The notes beneath the pieces are model-generated. The model ran no database searches, was not told the origin of the DNA, and saw nothing but the letters and a program-made list of their open reading frames with translations. Of a stretch of 64,000 nucleotides of DNA, positions 47,202-57,668 are shown one piece after another. The stretch spans positions 57,814-121,813 of the forward strand of contig JAAXJX010000027.1 in assembly GCA_012269595.1 (NCBI GenBank), in the 5' to 3' direction. This DNA comes from Planctomycetia bacterium (GTDB lineage Bacteria; Planctomycetota; UBA8108; UBA1146). Positions within the stretch are counted from its first letter, which is position 1, and each line of letters starts with the position of its first letter. A program made the translations under genes and the position numbers.

Positions 47202-47809
47202 ACCAACCACAGCAGGAACGCGAAAAGTCCGAACCAGACCGCTCCCAGAAAGTGCCAATAAAGATTGACCTGTTTCACCAGATCATGGTGAAGACTCCAG
47301 TAACCTCCGGTCAGGGACCGGACGGTGACAAGGGACTGAAAAATCAATCCACCCGCCAGGTGGAGGGCATGAATCAATCCCAGGGAATAAATGCACCATC
47401 CCAAAAGAGATGACGAGGCATTGAACTGGCCATTGCCAGATGCGAGTAACTGCTGCCAGACATTTTCCTGGACATAAAGGAATGCGAAACCCAGAAAGAA
47501 AACAGTAAGCATGCAGGCCTTGAACCTGCGAAGGGCGTCTTTTCCAATAAAATGGACTCCCAGTTGGGAGAAAACACTCAACAGCAAGATGATGCCGGTG
47601 CTGACCCATGCAGTGTCCGGGAGAGAAGGACTCCCTTGCCCCCAGTTGGGGGAAGAATTCCTCACGAGAACGATTCCGATCACACTGGCGACAAAAAAGA
47701 TCCCCAGTGAGGCCAAAAAGAGCCACATACCCATTTGCAGTACGGCAGGATTGGGAGGGGAAGGAATCTCCCCCACAAACTTTTCCTGATGTTCCACCGC
47801 TCCGGGCAC
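47198..47809 (-). CDS. short cytochrome c oxidase subunit III-family protein (second CoxIII paralogue)
   Basis: About 5 TM helices. The C-terminal ...HHDLVKQVNLYWHFLGAVWFGLFAFLLWLV is subunit III-like. Confidence 0.65.
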   Translation of the reverse strand: MPGAVEHQEKFVGEIPSPPNPAVLQMGMWLFLASLGIFFVASVIGIVLVRNSSPNWGQGSPSLPDTAWVSTGIILLLSVFSQLGVHFIGKDALRRFKACMLTVFFLGFAFLYVQENVWQQLLASGNGQFNASSSLLGWCIYSLGLIHALHLAGGLIFQSLVTVRSLTGGYWSLHHDLVKQVNLYWHFLGAVWFGLFAFLLWLV

Positions 47810-47840
47810 GATCGCTCCTGTTCTTCCCCCACCTCTCGAA

Positions 47841-48284
47841 TCAGTCTGCCAACCCCTGAGCTTCTAGTGTTGCACTGTCGGTGTACAAATTCTCCTGATA
47901 TGCCCCGGTATCAAGAAGGGCGAAGCCCAAAAAGATGCCCAGAAAGAGCAGAGATCCGACCAGAATGATGGCGTTGAACGGGCGATCCCAGCGCAGGTGC
48001 ATGAAGTAAAGCCCAACAAGGGACGCCTTGATAGTTGCCACACCCATGGCCACAACGATATTGAGATCTCCCATGTCAACATAGGAGACACCCACCGTCA
48101 GCCAGGTGAGGAAGAGCAACGCTGTCAAAATCGTCAACAACAGAGGGGTCGAAGTCATGTGACCGACCACCGGATGGGGATCCTTATTGTCCTTGTTCGC
48201 CTTGGTCACGATCAGGGTCACGATCAGACACAAGAAAAACGCCGACAGAATCAGAAGATCCACATTATTCAAAAGAGCTTCCAT
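47841..48284 (-). CDS. ctaF: caa3-type cytochrome c oxidase subunit IV (CoxD/CtaF-like small membrane protein)
   Basis: Small polytopic membrane protein directly downstream of subunit III. ...ASLVGLYFMHLRWDRP... resembles prokaryotic COX4. An N-terminal extension is possible. Confidence 0.6.
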   Translation of the reverse strand: MEALLNNVDLLILSAFFLCLIVTLIVTKANKDNKDPHPVVGHMTSTPLLLTILTALLFLTWLTVGVSYVDMGDLNIVVAMGVATIKASLVGLYFMHLRWDRPFNAIILVGSLLFLGIFLGFALLDTGAYQENLYTDSATLEAQGLAD

Positions 48285-48292
48285 GGATCCTC

Positions 48293-49282
48293 CTATTCAA
48301 CCAGATAAAGCAGTGGGAAGAGGTAGATCCAGATCAGATCCACCAGGTGCCAGTAGAGTCCACCCAGATCAACCGGAGTGAAGAACTCCTTGCCGATCTT
48401 GTCCTTCATCACCAACCACATCAGCCACACCATGACGGCCATTCCGATCAGCACGTGAATACCGTGAAGGCCGGTGAGGCAGAAGTAAATGCTGAAGAAC
48501 ACATGGGCATTCTCCGGCCGGGGTACCGTAGGAACATGGTAGGGAGCGATGTACAACTCATCAGGATTCGAAGGGTACTTCGATTCCTCTTTGAGTTTGG
48601 CTTTCATCTCATCCTTGCCCATGTTGACAGCCAACCCTGTTGGTGGGAGAGCCGGACCTTTAGCCTGAGTCTTGGCAATCGGCTCGATCTCTTTGGGGTT
48701 TGCTTCGGGAGCCTTTGGCGGAATCAGGGAATCGAGGGATTCTCTTTCGATCCTCGCACGCTCCTGTTCTGCGGCATCCACTGTGGCGTAGGAAAAACTA
48801 TTCCCCGGGAACAACCCCTCATGGAACTTCTTGGAGTACTCAAGGTACTTGATTCCCATGAAGCCCAAACCACAGATGAAGGTGACTGCCAGATAGAACA
48901 GGATTCTGTTCTTTCTGCCCAACTGGGCCTCCCTGACAGCCATCGCCATCGTCAGGGAAGAAAACAGCAGCACCATCGTGTTGGTGGCCCCCCACCGCTT
49001 GTCGAGGAATTGGCTTCCCCATTCAAACAGGTCAGGGTGGTTCGCTTTATAGACTGTGTAAAAAACAAACAGGCCTCCGAAAAGCAGCACTTCGGTTGCC
49101 AGGAAAAGCCACATTCCCAGCTTTCCTGCTTCGAACTGCTGATCGAGACTGTCGAAGTGGTGTGCCAGATGCGGAGAGTGACCATGTCCATGGTCATGCC
49201 CTTCTCCGTGCCCACCGTGGTGGGTTTCGGCAGCCCCTTCGCTGTTGTCCTGATGCGCGTCGCCGCTCATCCCATCTCCCAT
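48293..49282 (-). CDS. ctaE: cytochrome c oxidase subunit III with a His/Gly-rich N-terminal extension
   Basis: ...WLFLATEVLLFGGLF...; ...HVFFSIYFCLTGLHGIHVLIGM...; ...LYWHLVDLIWIY... The N-terminus carries THHGGHGEGHDHGHGHSPHLAHH. Confidence 0.88.
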   Translation of the reverse strand: MGDGMSGDAHQDNSEGAAETHHGGHGEGHDHGHGHSPHLAHHFDSLDQQFEAGKLGMWLFLATEVLLFGGLFVFYTVYKANHPDLFEWGSQFLDKRWGATNTMVLLFSSLTMAMAVREAQLGRKNRILFYLAVTFICGLGFMGIKYLEYSKKFHEGLFPGNSFSYATVDAAEQERARIERESLDSLIPPKAPEANPKEIEPIAKTQAKGPALPPTGLAVNMGKDEMKAKLKEESKYPSNPDELYIAPYHVPTVPRPENAHVFFSIYFCLTGLHGIHVLIGMAVMVWLMWLVMKDKIGKEFFTPVDLGGLYWHLVDLIWIYLFPLLYLVE

Positions 49283-49284
49283 CT

Positions 49285-51021
49285 TCAGGCCGAACCGGCA
49301 GTGGTTCGACTCGAGTAGTTCCCGGTGACCGGGTCGTAGTCAAAGTGATCAAGCTCGTATGGATCCGTCGCCGAAGGCACGCCATGGAAGTTTTCCAGCG
49401 GCGGAGGTGACGGAGTGTGCCATTCCAGACTGTTGCCACCCCACGGGTTGCTCGGTGCTTTTTTACCCGAGGCGAGTGACTGCAACAGGTAGAACGCTGT
49501 CATGAAGAAGCCAACAGCCATCACGTAGGCTCCCACGGTGGAAAGCTGGTGGTAAATCTCAAACTTGTCCTGGTAGGTGTAGTACCTGCGAGGCATGCCG
49601 AGAGATCCCATGACAAACTGCGGAATGAAGGTCAGGTTGAAACCGATGAAAACGAGAGTGCAGGCAATCTTGCCCCAAAACTCGCTGAACATCTTTCCGG
49701 TCATCTTCGGCCACCAGTGGTGAAGACCACCGATGAAGGCAATCAGTGCACTTCCCATCATGACGTAGTGGAAGTGGGCGACCACGAAATACGTGTCATG
49801 AAGGTGGGTGTCGATGCTCAACACACCGAGGAAAAGGCCCGTCAATCCACCGATGGTGAACAGGAAGATGAATGCAATCCCGTACAGCATCGTCGTGTTG
49901 AGGGTCAGTGATCCCTTGTACATCGTTGCAATCCAGTTGAAGACCTTGATCGCCGAGGGAATTCCCACAGAGAAGGTGATTCCACTGAAGATGATGTTCA
50001 TGACCGTCGACTGGCCACTGGTGAACATGTGGTGTCCCCAGACGATGAACGAGAAGATGGCGATCGCGACAGAGGAATAACCAATGTAGCGGTAACCAAA
50101 GATTCTCTTGTGGCTGTGGACAGAGATGATCTCACTGATCACACCCATGGCGGGAATGATCATGATGTACACCGCAGGGTGACTGTAGAACCAGAAGAAG
50201 TGCTGATAGAGCACCGGGTCTCCCCCGTTTTGGGGGTCGAAAATACCGATACCCAAAGTTCGTTCAAGAATCAGCAGCAACAGGGTGATTCCCAGAACCG
50301 GGGTCGCCAGAACCTGGATGACCGCCGTGGAGTAGGTTCCCCAGAGGAACAGCGGCATGTTGAACCAGGTCATTCCCTTGGGCCGCATCTTGTGGATCGT
50401 CACGATGAAGTTCAGACCGGTAAAGATACTGGAGAATCCCAGAATGAAGACGCCCACCACTGCAGGAATCACCGCAGTGGAAGTATCCGTGGAGTAAGGA
50501 GTGTAGAAGGTCCACCCGGTATCCACTCCGCCACTGAAAAGGACGTAAATGAAGAATGCAGCACCACAGATCCACAGGTAGAACGAACTCAGGTTCAGCC
50601 TTGGGAATGCCACATCTTTTGCCCCCAGAAGCAGAGGCAGGACAAAGTTGCCCAACGCCGCTGGAACCCCCGGGATAATCACCAGAAACACCATGATCGC
50701 ACCATGGGTCGTGAACCACTGGTTGTAAAGATCAGCCTGTGCCCCCGGATCAGCTGCAAAGAGCGGAGTGATCAACGGCATCGGAGAGAACAGCTCGGTT
50801 CTCACCAGCAGCGCGAAGACTCCCCCGAGGAAAAACATCCCCAGCACACCGACCAGATACATCAGGCCAATGCGCTTGTGATCCAGGGTCAGGGCCCAGG
50901 AGGCGAAGGTCTTGGTCACAGTCAGGTAACTGGGACCAGACTCGGTTGTCTCCGGAGCGACCTTGGCGGTCTCCTGCGAGGAAACTTCGGAGCCGGAAGG
51001 GGCTTGGTCGTTGGGATTCAT
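49285..51021 (-). CDS. ctaD: cytochrome c oxidase subunit I
   Basis: ...WFFGHP.VY..., ...[10 protein letters not shown]..., ...HFHYVM... are heme/CuB ligand motifs. 578 aa. Confidence 0.95.
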   Translation of the reverse strand: MNPNDQAPSGSEVSSQETAKVAPETTESGPSYLTVTKTFASWALTLDHKRIGLMYLVGVLGMFFLGGVFALLVRTELFSPMPLITPLFAADPGAQADLYNQWFTTHGAIMVFLVIIPGVPAALGNFVLPLLLGAKDVAFPRLNLSSFYLWICGAAFFIYVLFSGGVDTGWTFYTPYSTDTSTAVIPAVVGVFILGFSSIFTGLNFIVTIHKMRPKGMTWFNMPLFLWGTYSTAVIQVLATPVLGITLLLLILERTLGIGIFDPQNGGDPVLYQHFFWFYSHPAVYIMIIPAMGVISEIISVHSHKRIFGYRYIGYSSVAIAIFSFIVWGHHMFTSGQSTVMNIIFSGITFSVGIPSAIKVFNWIATMYKGSLTLNTTMLYGIAFIFLFTIGGLTGLFLGVLSIDTHLHDTYFVVAHFHYVMMGSALIAFIGGLHHWWPKMTGKMFSEFWGKIACTLVFIGFNLTFIPQFVMGSLGMPRRYYTYQDKFEIYHQLSTVGAYVMAVGFFMTAFYLLQSLASGKKAPSNPWGGNSLEWHTPSPPPLENFHGVPSATDPYELDHFDYDPVTGNYSSRTTAGSA

Positions 51022-51033
51022 ATTCTCTGCTCC

Positions 51034-52125
51034 TTACTTGCCGAGGCTCTTGATGAACTCGGTGACCCAAAGGATCTCCTTGTCGGTCAACTTCACCACC
51101 GGCATCTGACCGGGGTATCCATCGGCAATCTTTTTCATCGGGTATCGGATCGATTCTTCGATGTAGGCTTCGTCTACAGTCGTCGATCCTGCAACACCGT
51201 TCTCGGTGTATTGACGCAGGGATCCAAATGCTCCCTGCCAGGTCGGTCCCACCTTGTTGGAACCGTCCAGACTGTGACAGGAAACACAGCCCTTGCGTTT
51301 CCAGACGATCTCCCCCAACTGCTCAAAGGGCAGGGTTTCATCGTAGGAGGCCGCCACTTCGAGCCACTTCTCGAAACTTTCCTGGCTCTCGTGAACCACC
51401 ACCTTGCTGTGCATCAGCGAGTGGCCCTGTCCACAATACTCGGTACAGAGCAGGTCGTAGACTCCAGGCTCCGTCGCCTCAAACCAGAGCTCACCAATAC
51501 GGCCTGGTACGCAGTCCTTTTTGACGCGGAACGCGGGAATGAAAAGGGAGTGCAACACGTCGGAAGCCATGACCTTGATCTTCACCGGAGTGTTCACGGG
51601 AACATGTAATCCGGCTTTCTCCAGAACCTTGGCTTCTCTCTCAGCTGCAGCTTCCGGAGTCAGGGATCCATCCCGAACTCCCATGCGGATCTCATTGAAA
51701 TCCTCGGAAGCACCGGGAACCACCGCACCATTGGTCGGATAGGTGAAGTTCCACAGCCAACGGGAAGCTTCGGCAGTGACGGTCATGGCATTGGAAGGAG
51801 CGGTGGCCATCGCCACGTAACCCTTGTATCCGTACCAGAACATCATGAAGGACAGGATCACGGGGATGCCGGTCCAGGCCACCTCAAGGATCAGGTTGTG
51901 ATCATTCTGGCTGGTGGCTTTCTGCCCCTCCGGAGCCTTGAATTTCATCATGAAGATCACCAACAGTGCAGTGATCAAAACCAGGAAGAAAATGGAAACC
52001 CAGTAAACGAAGTAGAAGTCTCCGTCGACGGTATCCGCAAAGTTGGAAACAGGTGCCGGAAGCCAGAAACTGGGGCCGGTCTGAGTCGCCCAATGCGAAA
52101 GAAGCGGGTTGAAAAAGTGCATCAT
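51034..52125 (-). CDS. ctaC: cytochrome c oxidase subunit II with a fused C-terminal cytochrome c domain (caa3-type)
   Basis: CuA site ...HSLFIPAFRVKKD...CTEYCGQGHSLMH...; C-terminal CVSCHSL heme c motif. Confidence 0.92.
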   Translation of the reverse strand: MMHFFNPLLSHWATQTGPSFWLPAPVSNFADTVDGDFYFVYWVSIFFLVLITALLVIFMMKFKAPEGQKATSQNDHNLILEVAWTGIPVILSFMMFWYGYKGYVAMATAPSNAMTVTAEASRWLWNFTYPTNGAVVPGASEDFNEIRMGVRDGSLTPEAAAEREAKVLEKAGLHVPVNTPVKIKVMASDVLHSLFIPAFRVKKDCVPGRIGELWFEATEPGVYDLLCTEYCGQGHSLMHSKVVVHESQESFEKWLEVAASYDETLPFEQLGEIVWKRKGCVSCHSLDGSNKVGPTWQGAFGSLRQYTENGVAGSTTVDEAYIEESIRYPMKKIADGYPGQMPVVKLTDKEILWVTEFIKSLGK

Positions 52126-53129
52126 TTTTCCTGCTCTCTCTGAGAGTCCATGGAGTCATCATTTTCAGAAACGGAATTCAATCGATCTCTTCGACGGAGA
52201 ACCATTAAGAAGCCCCCCAATCCCAAGACCGTGACGAGACCACCGAGTCTCATCACCAACAGTGCCTCCGGTCCGTACCGGGCCTTTTCAGGGTCGTAAA
52301 CAAAACAGGTCAAGATCATCTGATCAGCCCAGGATCCAACTTTGCCGTCGGAGGCTTCGACCAGTGCGAGGCGCAGCGTTTGCGGATCAAACTCGATCCC
52401 CTGCAGCGTTCGCGTCAGAACACCTTCCGGTGAGAGAATGAAAGCCCCAGCACCGTGAGCGTACTCCTGATTGTAGGTATTCCACTCGTAATCAAATCCC
52501 ACGCTGTCAGCGATGGGACGAAGGTTTTCCTCTTCACCGGTGAGAAAGTGCCAGCCCTTCTCAGCGGTCTCAGTGGAAACGCCCGTCAACTGTGCTTCTT
52601 CAAGGAACACATCCAACAAGGCACGTTTTCTGTTTCGTGCGTCGAGCGGCTTGTCTCTGGGGTCGATACTCATCGTCACGATTTCGTAATCCCTACCCAA
52701 CACCAGATCACACTCCGCCATCGACTTGAGGAGATTCTCAACAACCATGTTGCAAAGCATGGGACAACTGAAATAGATCGGATTGAAGATCACCGGCAAT
52801 CCGGAATCGAGGATCGACCCCAGACTGACCCACTCTCCATCCGAGCGACGAATCTTCCCTGCCAGTGGAACAGAACTTCCAAGGCGATCATGAATGGTGA
52901 TTCCATCGATGGACTTCAGAACAGGATCATGCTCCTGTTTGTTGAGCTGGCCGGGACCCACTGCCGGCGATTGAGCAGGCAAAGGTACCGCAAGAAGAAT
53001 GACGGACGTCAGCAAGATTCCCCATGACAGAACACAAGTCATCAAGGCACGCTGCTGGCTCACTCGTGAGAGCAGGCCATGAAGCATGTCAGCCTTTTCT
53101 GATCGTGGACTGAGGATCATCGATTCCAT
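52122..53129 (-). CDS. SCO1/SenC family copper chaperone (thioredoxin-fold, CxxxC)
   Basis: N-terminal TM. ...FNPIYFSCPMLCNMV... is the CPxxC plus downstream His typical of Sco proteins. Confidence 0.82.
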   Translation of the reverse strand: MESMILSPRSEKADMLHGLLSRVSQQRALMTCVLSWGILLTSVILLAVPLPAQSPAVGPGQLNKQEHDPVLKSIDGITIHDRLGSSVPLAGKIRRSDGEWVSLGSILDSGLPVIFNPIYFSCPMLCNMVVENLLKSMAECDLVLGRDYEIVTMSIDPRDKPLDARNRKRALLDVFLEEAQLTGVSTETAEKGWHFLTGEEENLRPIADSVGFDYEWNTYNQEYAHGAGAFILSPEGVLTRTLQGIEFDPQTLRLALVEASDGKVGSWADQMILTCFVYDPEKARYGPEALLVMRLGGLVTVLGLGGFLMVLRRRDRLNSVSENDDSMDSQREQEK

Positions 53130-53134
53130 TCGCG

Positions 53135-53491
53135 TCAGTTCCCCTGTTTCCCGTAACGTCTCAGTACCTCATTTTTACCCTGATCAAGGGGAACTGAGAC
53201 CCGATTGTTGTCACGATCGGTCCAGGTGTAGCCGTTTAATTGGGAGTTTTGGATACCTTGAACCTCTTCCAATTCCCGACTTTTGTAGCGATTTCTCTCT
53301 TCAATCACCGACTCTTCCTCAATCCCTGTGAGGAAAACCAGCAAGTAGGCGGAAACCACAAAGAGAATCGTGAAGACAATTCCTCCGTACCAGGTGGGAA
53401 TTGCACTGGGGTCATCCCCTGCCCCTTCGAGGTTTTCAAGTTCCGCATTCTGATTCTGTGAATCACTCATTGGGAACTCCCTTCTAGGCAT
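53135..53491 (-). CDS. small single-TM membrane protein, start overlapping the actF stop by 8 nt; candidate accessory subunit of the ACIII/oxidase assembly
   Basis: 118 aa with one hydrophobic helix (IPTWYGGIVFTILFVVSAYLLVFL) and otherwise charged. Its position and the overlap are read from the sequence. No family recognised. Confidence 0.5.
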   Translation of the reverse strand: MPRREFPMSDSQNQNAELENLEGAGDDPSAIPTWYGGIVFTILFVVSAYLLVFLTGIEEESVIEERNRYKSRELEEVQGIQNSQLNGYTWTDRDNNRVSVPLDQGKNEVLRRYGKQGN

Positions 53492-54815
53492 TCTCGAATG
53501 CCAGGGATTCCGGCATTCTTGGGTCCTTCTCGGCGATCAGCGAATGCCCTCTCAAGGACAGCGCCAATCCGATCAGGAACAAACCGAGGAAACCAACAGG
53601 AATCGTCACGTCCAGCAGAGTGAACGGGAACTCTTCACCGCCGTTGATTTGGGGCATGACCAGGTAGTACATGTCCGCCCACTGCATGATGAGCATCCAG
53701 ACCGCTGCCAAGGCAAGGGTCGCACGATTTCTCTTAATGTGTTTCGACATGATGAAGAGGAAGGGCACGAAGAAACGACCGATGATCAGCAACCAGCCCC
53801 AGGACCCCCAGATGAAGTTCTCCTGACGGCGAAGGAACCAAGCGGTCTCTTCCGGAATGTTGGCGTACCAGTAAAGCATGTACTGACTGAATGCGATGTA
53901 GGCCCAGAAAACCGTGAAAGCGAACATCATCTTGCCGATATCCTGCATGTGCTCATCGCTGACGGCTCTCGTCAATCTTCCATTCGCCTGCAGCCAGATC
54001 ACAACCAGTGCCAGGAAGGCATGGAAGGACAACACGCTGCCTCCGAAGAGGTAGATTCCAAAAATGGTACTGAACCAGTGAGCGTCCAGACTCATGAGCA
54101 TGTCGTATGCCGCGAAAGTGATGCTCAGGGCAAACAGGATCAGGCCCATCGGGCTGAAGTGTGCCATGCGGCTGGTGCGCTTGAGGTCACCGTCATGATC
54201 CTGCTGAACCGAGTTCTTGTGGTACCACCAGGAAAGACCGATCCAGATCAGGAAATAGACAGCCATGCGGATCAGAAAGAAATCGTAATCCAGGTAGGCA
54301 GCCTTGACGGCAATGATGCTGTCACCGGGATCGGGATGGATCCACTTGTACAACTGGTCCATCTGCGAAGGCAAAACCAGTGGTACAAACAGCAAGGCCA
54401 GCAGGATGAAGTTGCGTGAAACCGCCTCGGCGATTCTGCGAACCACGGTACTCCATGCCGCCATCGTCGCGTGGTGGATCAAGACAAAGAAGATCGCACC
54501 CAGACAAATGGCCAGAAGCCACGTTGCGGCAACCAGGTAGGGATGCCAGATCGTCCACGTGGAATTGTAGCCATGAACTTCGTGGTGCCCGCCAGCGTGA
54601 TCATCGCCAGCATGCCCAGCAGCAGCATGTCCAGCAGCAGAGTGATCATCCGCATGGTGGTCGAATGCTCCCTCGAGATTGCCCATCAGCAAGGTGCCGA
54701 CCAGACCAATCACAGCGAGTACGGCACCGAAACCGATCAGTTGTCCCGAAAGACCACCCAGGCTGCGATTTTCAGTACTGAGATCAATGGTGTGCTTGTG
54801 TCCCATCTCGCTCAC
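53484..54815 (-). CDS. actF: alternative complex III subunit ActF (NrfD-like polytopic quinol-interacting subunit)
   Basis: About 10 TM helices, NrfD/PsrC-like, located downstream of actE. Contains a His-rich insert in the first loop (HHADDHSAAGHAAAGHAGDDHAGGHH). Confidence 0.8.
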   Translation of the reverse strand: MSEMGHKHTIDLSTENRSLGGLSGQLIGFGAVLAVIGLVGTLLMGNLEGAFDHHADDHSAAGHAAAGHAGDDHAGGHHEVHGYNSTWTIWHPYLVAATWLLAICLGAIFFVLIHHATMAAWSTVVRRIAEAVSRNFILLALLFVPLVLPSQMDQLYKWIHPDPGDSIIAVKAAYLDYDFFLIRMAVYFLIWIGLSWWYHKNSVQQDHDGDLKRTSRMAHFSPMGLILFALSITFAAYDMLMSLDAHWFSTIFGIYLFGGSVLSFHAFLALVVIWLQANGRLTRAVSDEHMQDIGKMMFAFTVFWAYIAFSQYMLYWYANIPEETAWFLRRQENFIWGSWGWLLIIGRFFVPFLFIMSKHIKRNRATLALAAVWMLIMQWADMYYLVMPQINGGEEFPFTLLDVTIPVGFLGLFLIGLALSLRGHSLIAEKDPRMPESLAFENA

Positions 54816-55564
54816 CTCCCCTGCCTGGGCTGGGTTCCACTCCCCTGTTGGGGATCGGAGCCGGATTCTTCACTGCCTGCAGGCTTCTCCATCGCTTCCA
54901 GTCGCTGCTGCTCATTTGCAGGGATTTCTGCAACGTCTACCGACTGGCTGAACTGGATCGCCTTCACATGAGCCACGATGGCCCAGCGATCCTCCACCGG
55001 GATCTGCGATTTGTAGCCCGGCATGGTGTTGATGCCGTAGCCAATGATGTTGAAGAGTTCACCAATCGGGTGGGCCAGCCCTTTCTCTGATGAAAGGTCG
55101 GTCACCGTCCACGCTCCGTAATCGGAAACAGCTGTTCTGCGCGCGACCATGCCGTCTCCATGACCGGAGATCCCATGACAGGGTGCGCAGTAGATTCCGT
55201 AACGGGCCTCACCCCTTGCGAGGAGTGCCGCATTCACATCCACCTGCGGAGGGAAACTGTTGGCCCACTCGCCATCGACCGTCCCCCAGTGGAAGTGCGA
55301 ATCCTTGTTCAGTTCGCCCCTTGCCACCGTTCCGGGAACTGGCAAGCGAGCAGCGCGCCCATCGCGGAAAAGATCATTGGCTGACTGGGCCTTGAATTTC
55401 AGCTGGTTGTCCATGTCGTAGAAGACATGGATCCGTGGGGAACGCGAGGTACTGAAACGTGCCTTCGCCACGAGAACCGGCGGAATCAACAGGAACATAT
55501 TGATCAGTATGATCGCTCCAATGATCCAACCCGGAACCTGAGTGTCTTTGTTTGGAAGAGTCAT
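54812..55564 (-). CDS. actE: alternative complex III subunit ActE (monoheme cytochrome c, membrane-anchored)
   Basis: N-terminal anchor; a single CAPCHG heme-binding motif; operon position. Confidence 0.8.
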   Translation of the reverse strand: MTLPNKDTQVPGWIIGAIILINMFLLIPPVLVAKARFSTSRSPRIHVFYDMDNQLKFKAQSANDLFRDGRAARLPVPGTVARGELNKDSHFHWGTVDGEWANSFPPQVDVNAALLARGEARYGIYCAPCHGISGHGDGMVARRTAVSDYGAWTVTDLSSEKGLAHPIGELFNIIGYGINTMPGYKSQIPVEDRWAIVAHVKAIQFSQSVDVAEIPANEQQRLEAMEKPAGSEESGSDPQQGSGTQPRQGR

Positions 55565-55568
55565 TTGG

Positions 55569-56162
55569 CTACTCCTCGATCACTTCGATGGCGTTGGCAC
55601 CGATGTCCCTGAGGAATCGGGCGTTCGCAGGTGCGTCAAAACGGCGATCACGAGCCTCGATACTGATGAAGAATCGGTCGGCAGTCGCTCGGCGGAATCG
55701 ATCACTTCTAAAAAGTGGATTGAACATCTTCGGCAATCCGTTGAGAGCCAGCATGCCCCCGAAGGCGCCGAAGGCACTCAGAAGAATCGTCAACTCAAAG
55801 GCCACTGGAATACTGGCCGGAATACTGAAGAAGGGTTTGCCACTGATCAGGAATTTGTAATCGACGCCGTTCATCCAGCCCTGCATGACGAGGCCACCGA
55901 CAAATCCGGTCATGCCTCCACCCAGAACCAGCCAGGGCAAAATCGTCGGCCGAATCCCCATGGCACCATCCAGTCCGTGAACCGGATAGGGCGTGTGGCA
56001 ATCCCAGCGCTTGAAGCCTTCGTCGCGCACCTTTTCAGCAGCAGACATCAACTCGTCTGCAGTCTCGAATTCAGCAAGAATCAAAACCGGTTGAGGGTTC
56101 TCAGATCCCTCAGCGGTGATGGTCTCGAATTCCGATTCGGTGTGGTTTGAATCACTCATCAT
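55569..56162 (-). CDS. actD: alternative complex III subunit ActD (DUF3341-type membrane protein)
   Basis: Soluble N-domain followed by two TM helices (…[17 protein letters not shown]…, …[18 protein letters not shown]…). Operon position between actC and actE. Confidence 0.78.
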   Translation of the reverse strand: MMSDSNHTESEFETITAEGSENPQPVLILAEFETADELMSAAEKVRDEGFKRWDCHTPYPVHGLDGAMGIRPTILPWLVLGGGMTGFVGGLVMQGWMNGVDYKFLISGKPFFSIPASIPVAFELTILLSAFGAFGGMLALNGLPKMFNPLFRSDRFRRATADRFFISIEARDRRFDAPANARFLRDIGANAIEVIEE

Positions 56163-56168
56163 CGCCTC

Positions 56169-57665
56169 CTAGGATCCTGCCGCCGGAGAAGGTGCAGGAT
56201 CTGCTCCTTCGTCCTCGGCTGGCTTGGGTTCTGCGACCGCATGAGCCTGATCCGCCATGACTCCCTTGACCTCGCTCATGGCGATGAAGGGAAGGAAACG
56301 ACAGAAAAGAGCAAACAGGGTAAAGAAGAGGCCGAATGCCCCGATCATGATTCCAACGTCCGCCAACTTGGGAGAGTAGTAATCCCACGCCGCCGGGGTG
56401 TAGTCGTTAGCAAGACTGGTGACCGTAATCACGAATCTTTCGAACCACATGCCGATGTTGACGAAGATGCTGACGATGAACATGATCCAAAGGTTGGTTC
56501 GGGCTTTCTTGAACCAGAAGATCTGCGGTGAAATCACGTTGCAGCTCACCATGATCCAATACGCCCATGCATACTGACCAAAGGCACGGTTCATGAAGGC
56601 GAACTTTTCGACCTTCACACCACCGTACCAGGCGATGAAGAACTCCTGTGCATAGGCGTAACCCACGAGCATGCCGGTCAGCATGATGATCTTGTTCATG
56701 TTCTCGAGGTGACGCAGGGTGATGATTTCCTTGAGTCCGAACAACTGTCGTGCCGGAACCAGCAGTGTCACCACCATGGCGAAACCACTGAAGATCGCCC
56801 CGGCAACGAAGTACGGCGGGAAGATCGTCGTGTGCCATCCGGCCACCTGGGAAACCGCGAAGTCAAAGGACACGACCGAGTGCACCGAAAGCACCAGCGG
56901 AGTCGCCAATGACGCCAGCAAAAGGTAGGAACGCTCGTAAACATGCCACTGGCGGTTGGAACCGGTCCAACCCAGTGAAAGTGCCCCATACGCAAGTTTG
57001 CGGATGCCATTTTTGGCACGATCCCTCACCGTTGCCAGATCGGGCACCATTCCCATGTACCAGAAGAGCAGGGAAACCGTGAAGTAGGTTCCCACCGCGA
57101 AGACGTCCCAAAGAAGCGGACTGCGGAAGTTGGGCCACAGCTCCATCTGGTTCGGCAATGGGAACATCCAGTAGGCAAACCAGGCTCGCCCGACGTGAAT
57201 ACCGGGGAAGAGGCCTGCACACATGACGGCAAAAATCGTCATCGCTTCTGCCGCACGGTTAATGGAGGTTCTCCATTTTTGGCGGAAGAGGAAAAGGATC
57301 GCCGAGATCAGCGTTCCGGCGTGTCCGATACCCACCCAGAAGACGAAGTTGACGATGGCGTATCCCCAACCCACCGGGTTGTTGACTCCCCAAACCCCGA
57401 CTCCCCAGAAGATGAGGAAGGGAACAAACACTCCCAGCAGTCCGAGGACCGATAGGGAGAGAAGGAAGAACATCACCCAGCCAAAGGTGGGCTTCTCCTC
57501 AAGGATGCCACACACACGATCCGTGATCGTCGTGTTGGTGTTGTCCCCCGTGATCCACGGCTGTCTCTCGGAGGGAGAGTAAGCGGTGTTGTCGATCTCC
57601 CGACTTTCGGCATTGCCGAGAATCTCGGGTCTCACGAAGGGGATTTTTTCGAGAAGATGCTTCAT
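56169..57665 (-). CDS. actC: alternative complex III subunit ActC (NrfD/PsrC family quinol-oxidising membrane subunit)
   Basis: 498 aa polytopic NrfD-like protein immediately downstream of actB. Confidence 0.85.
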   Translation of the reverse strand: MKHLLEKIPFVRPEILGNAESREIDNTAYSPSERQPWITGDNTNTTITDRVCGILEEKPTFGWVMFFLLSLSVLGLLGVFVPFLIFWGVGVWGVNNPVGWGYAIVNFVFWVGIGHAGTLISAILFLFRQKWRTSINRAAEAMTIFAVMCAGLFPGIHVGRAWFAYWMFPLPNQMELWPNFRSPLLWDVFAVGTYFTVSLLFWYMGMVPDLATVRDRAKNGIRKLAYGALSLGWTGSNRQWHVYERSYLLLASLATPLVLSVHSVVSFDFAVSQVAGWHTTIFPPYFVAGAIFSGFAMVVTLLVPARQLFGLKEIITLRHLENMNKIIMLTGMLVGYAYAQEFFIAWYGGVKVEKFAFMNRAFGQYAWAYWIMVSCNVISPQIFWFKKARTNLWIMFIVSIFVNIGMWFERFVITVTSLANDYTPAAWDYYSPKLADVGIMIGAFGLFFTLFALFCRFLPFIAMSEVKGVMADQAHAVAEPKPAEDEGADPAPSPAAGS

Positions 57666-57668
57666 CGA

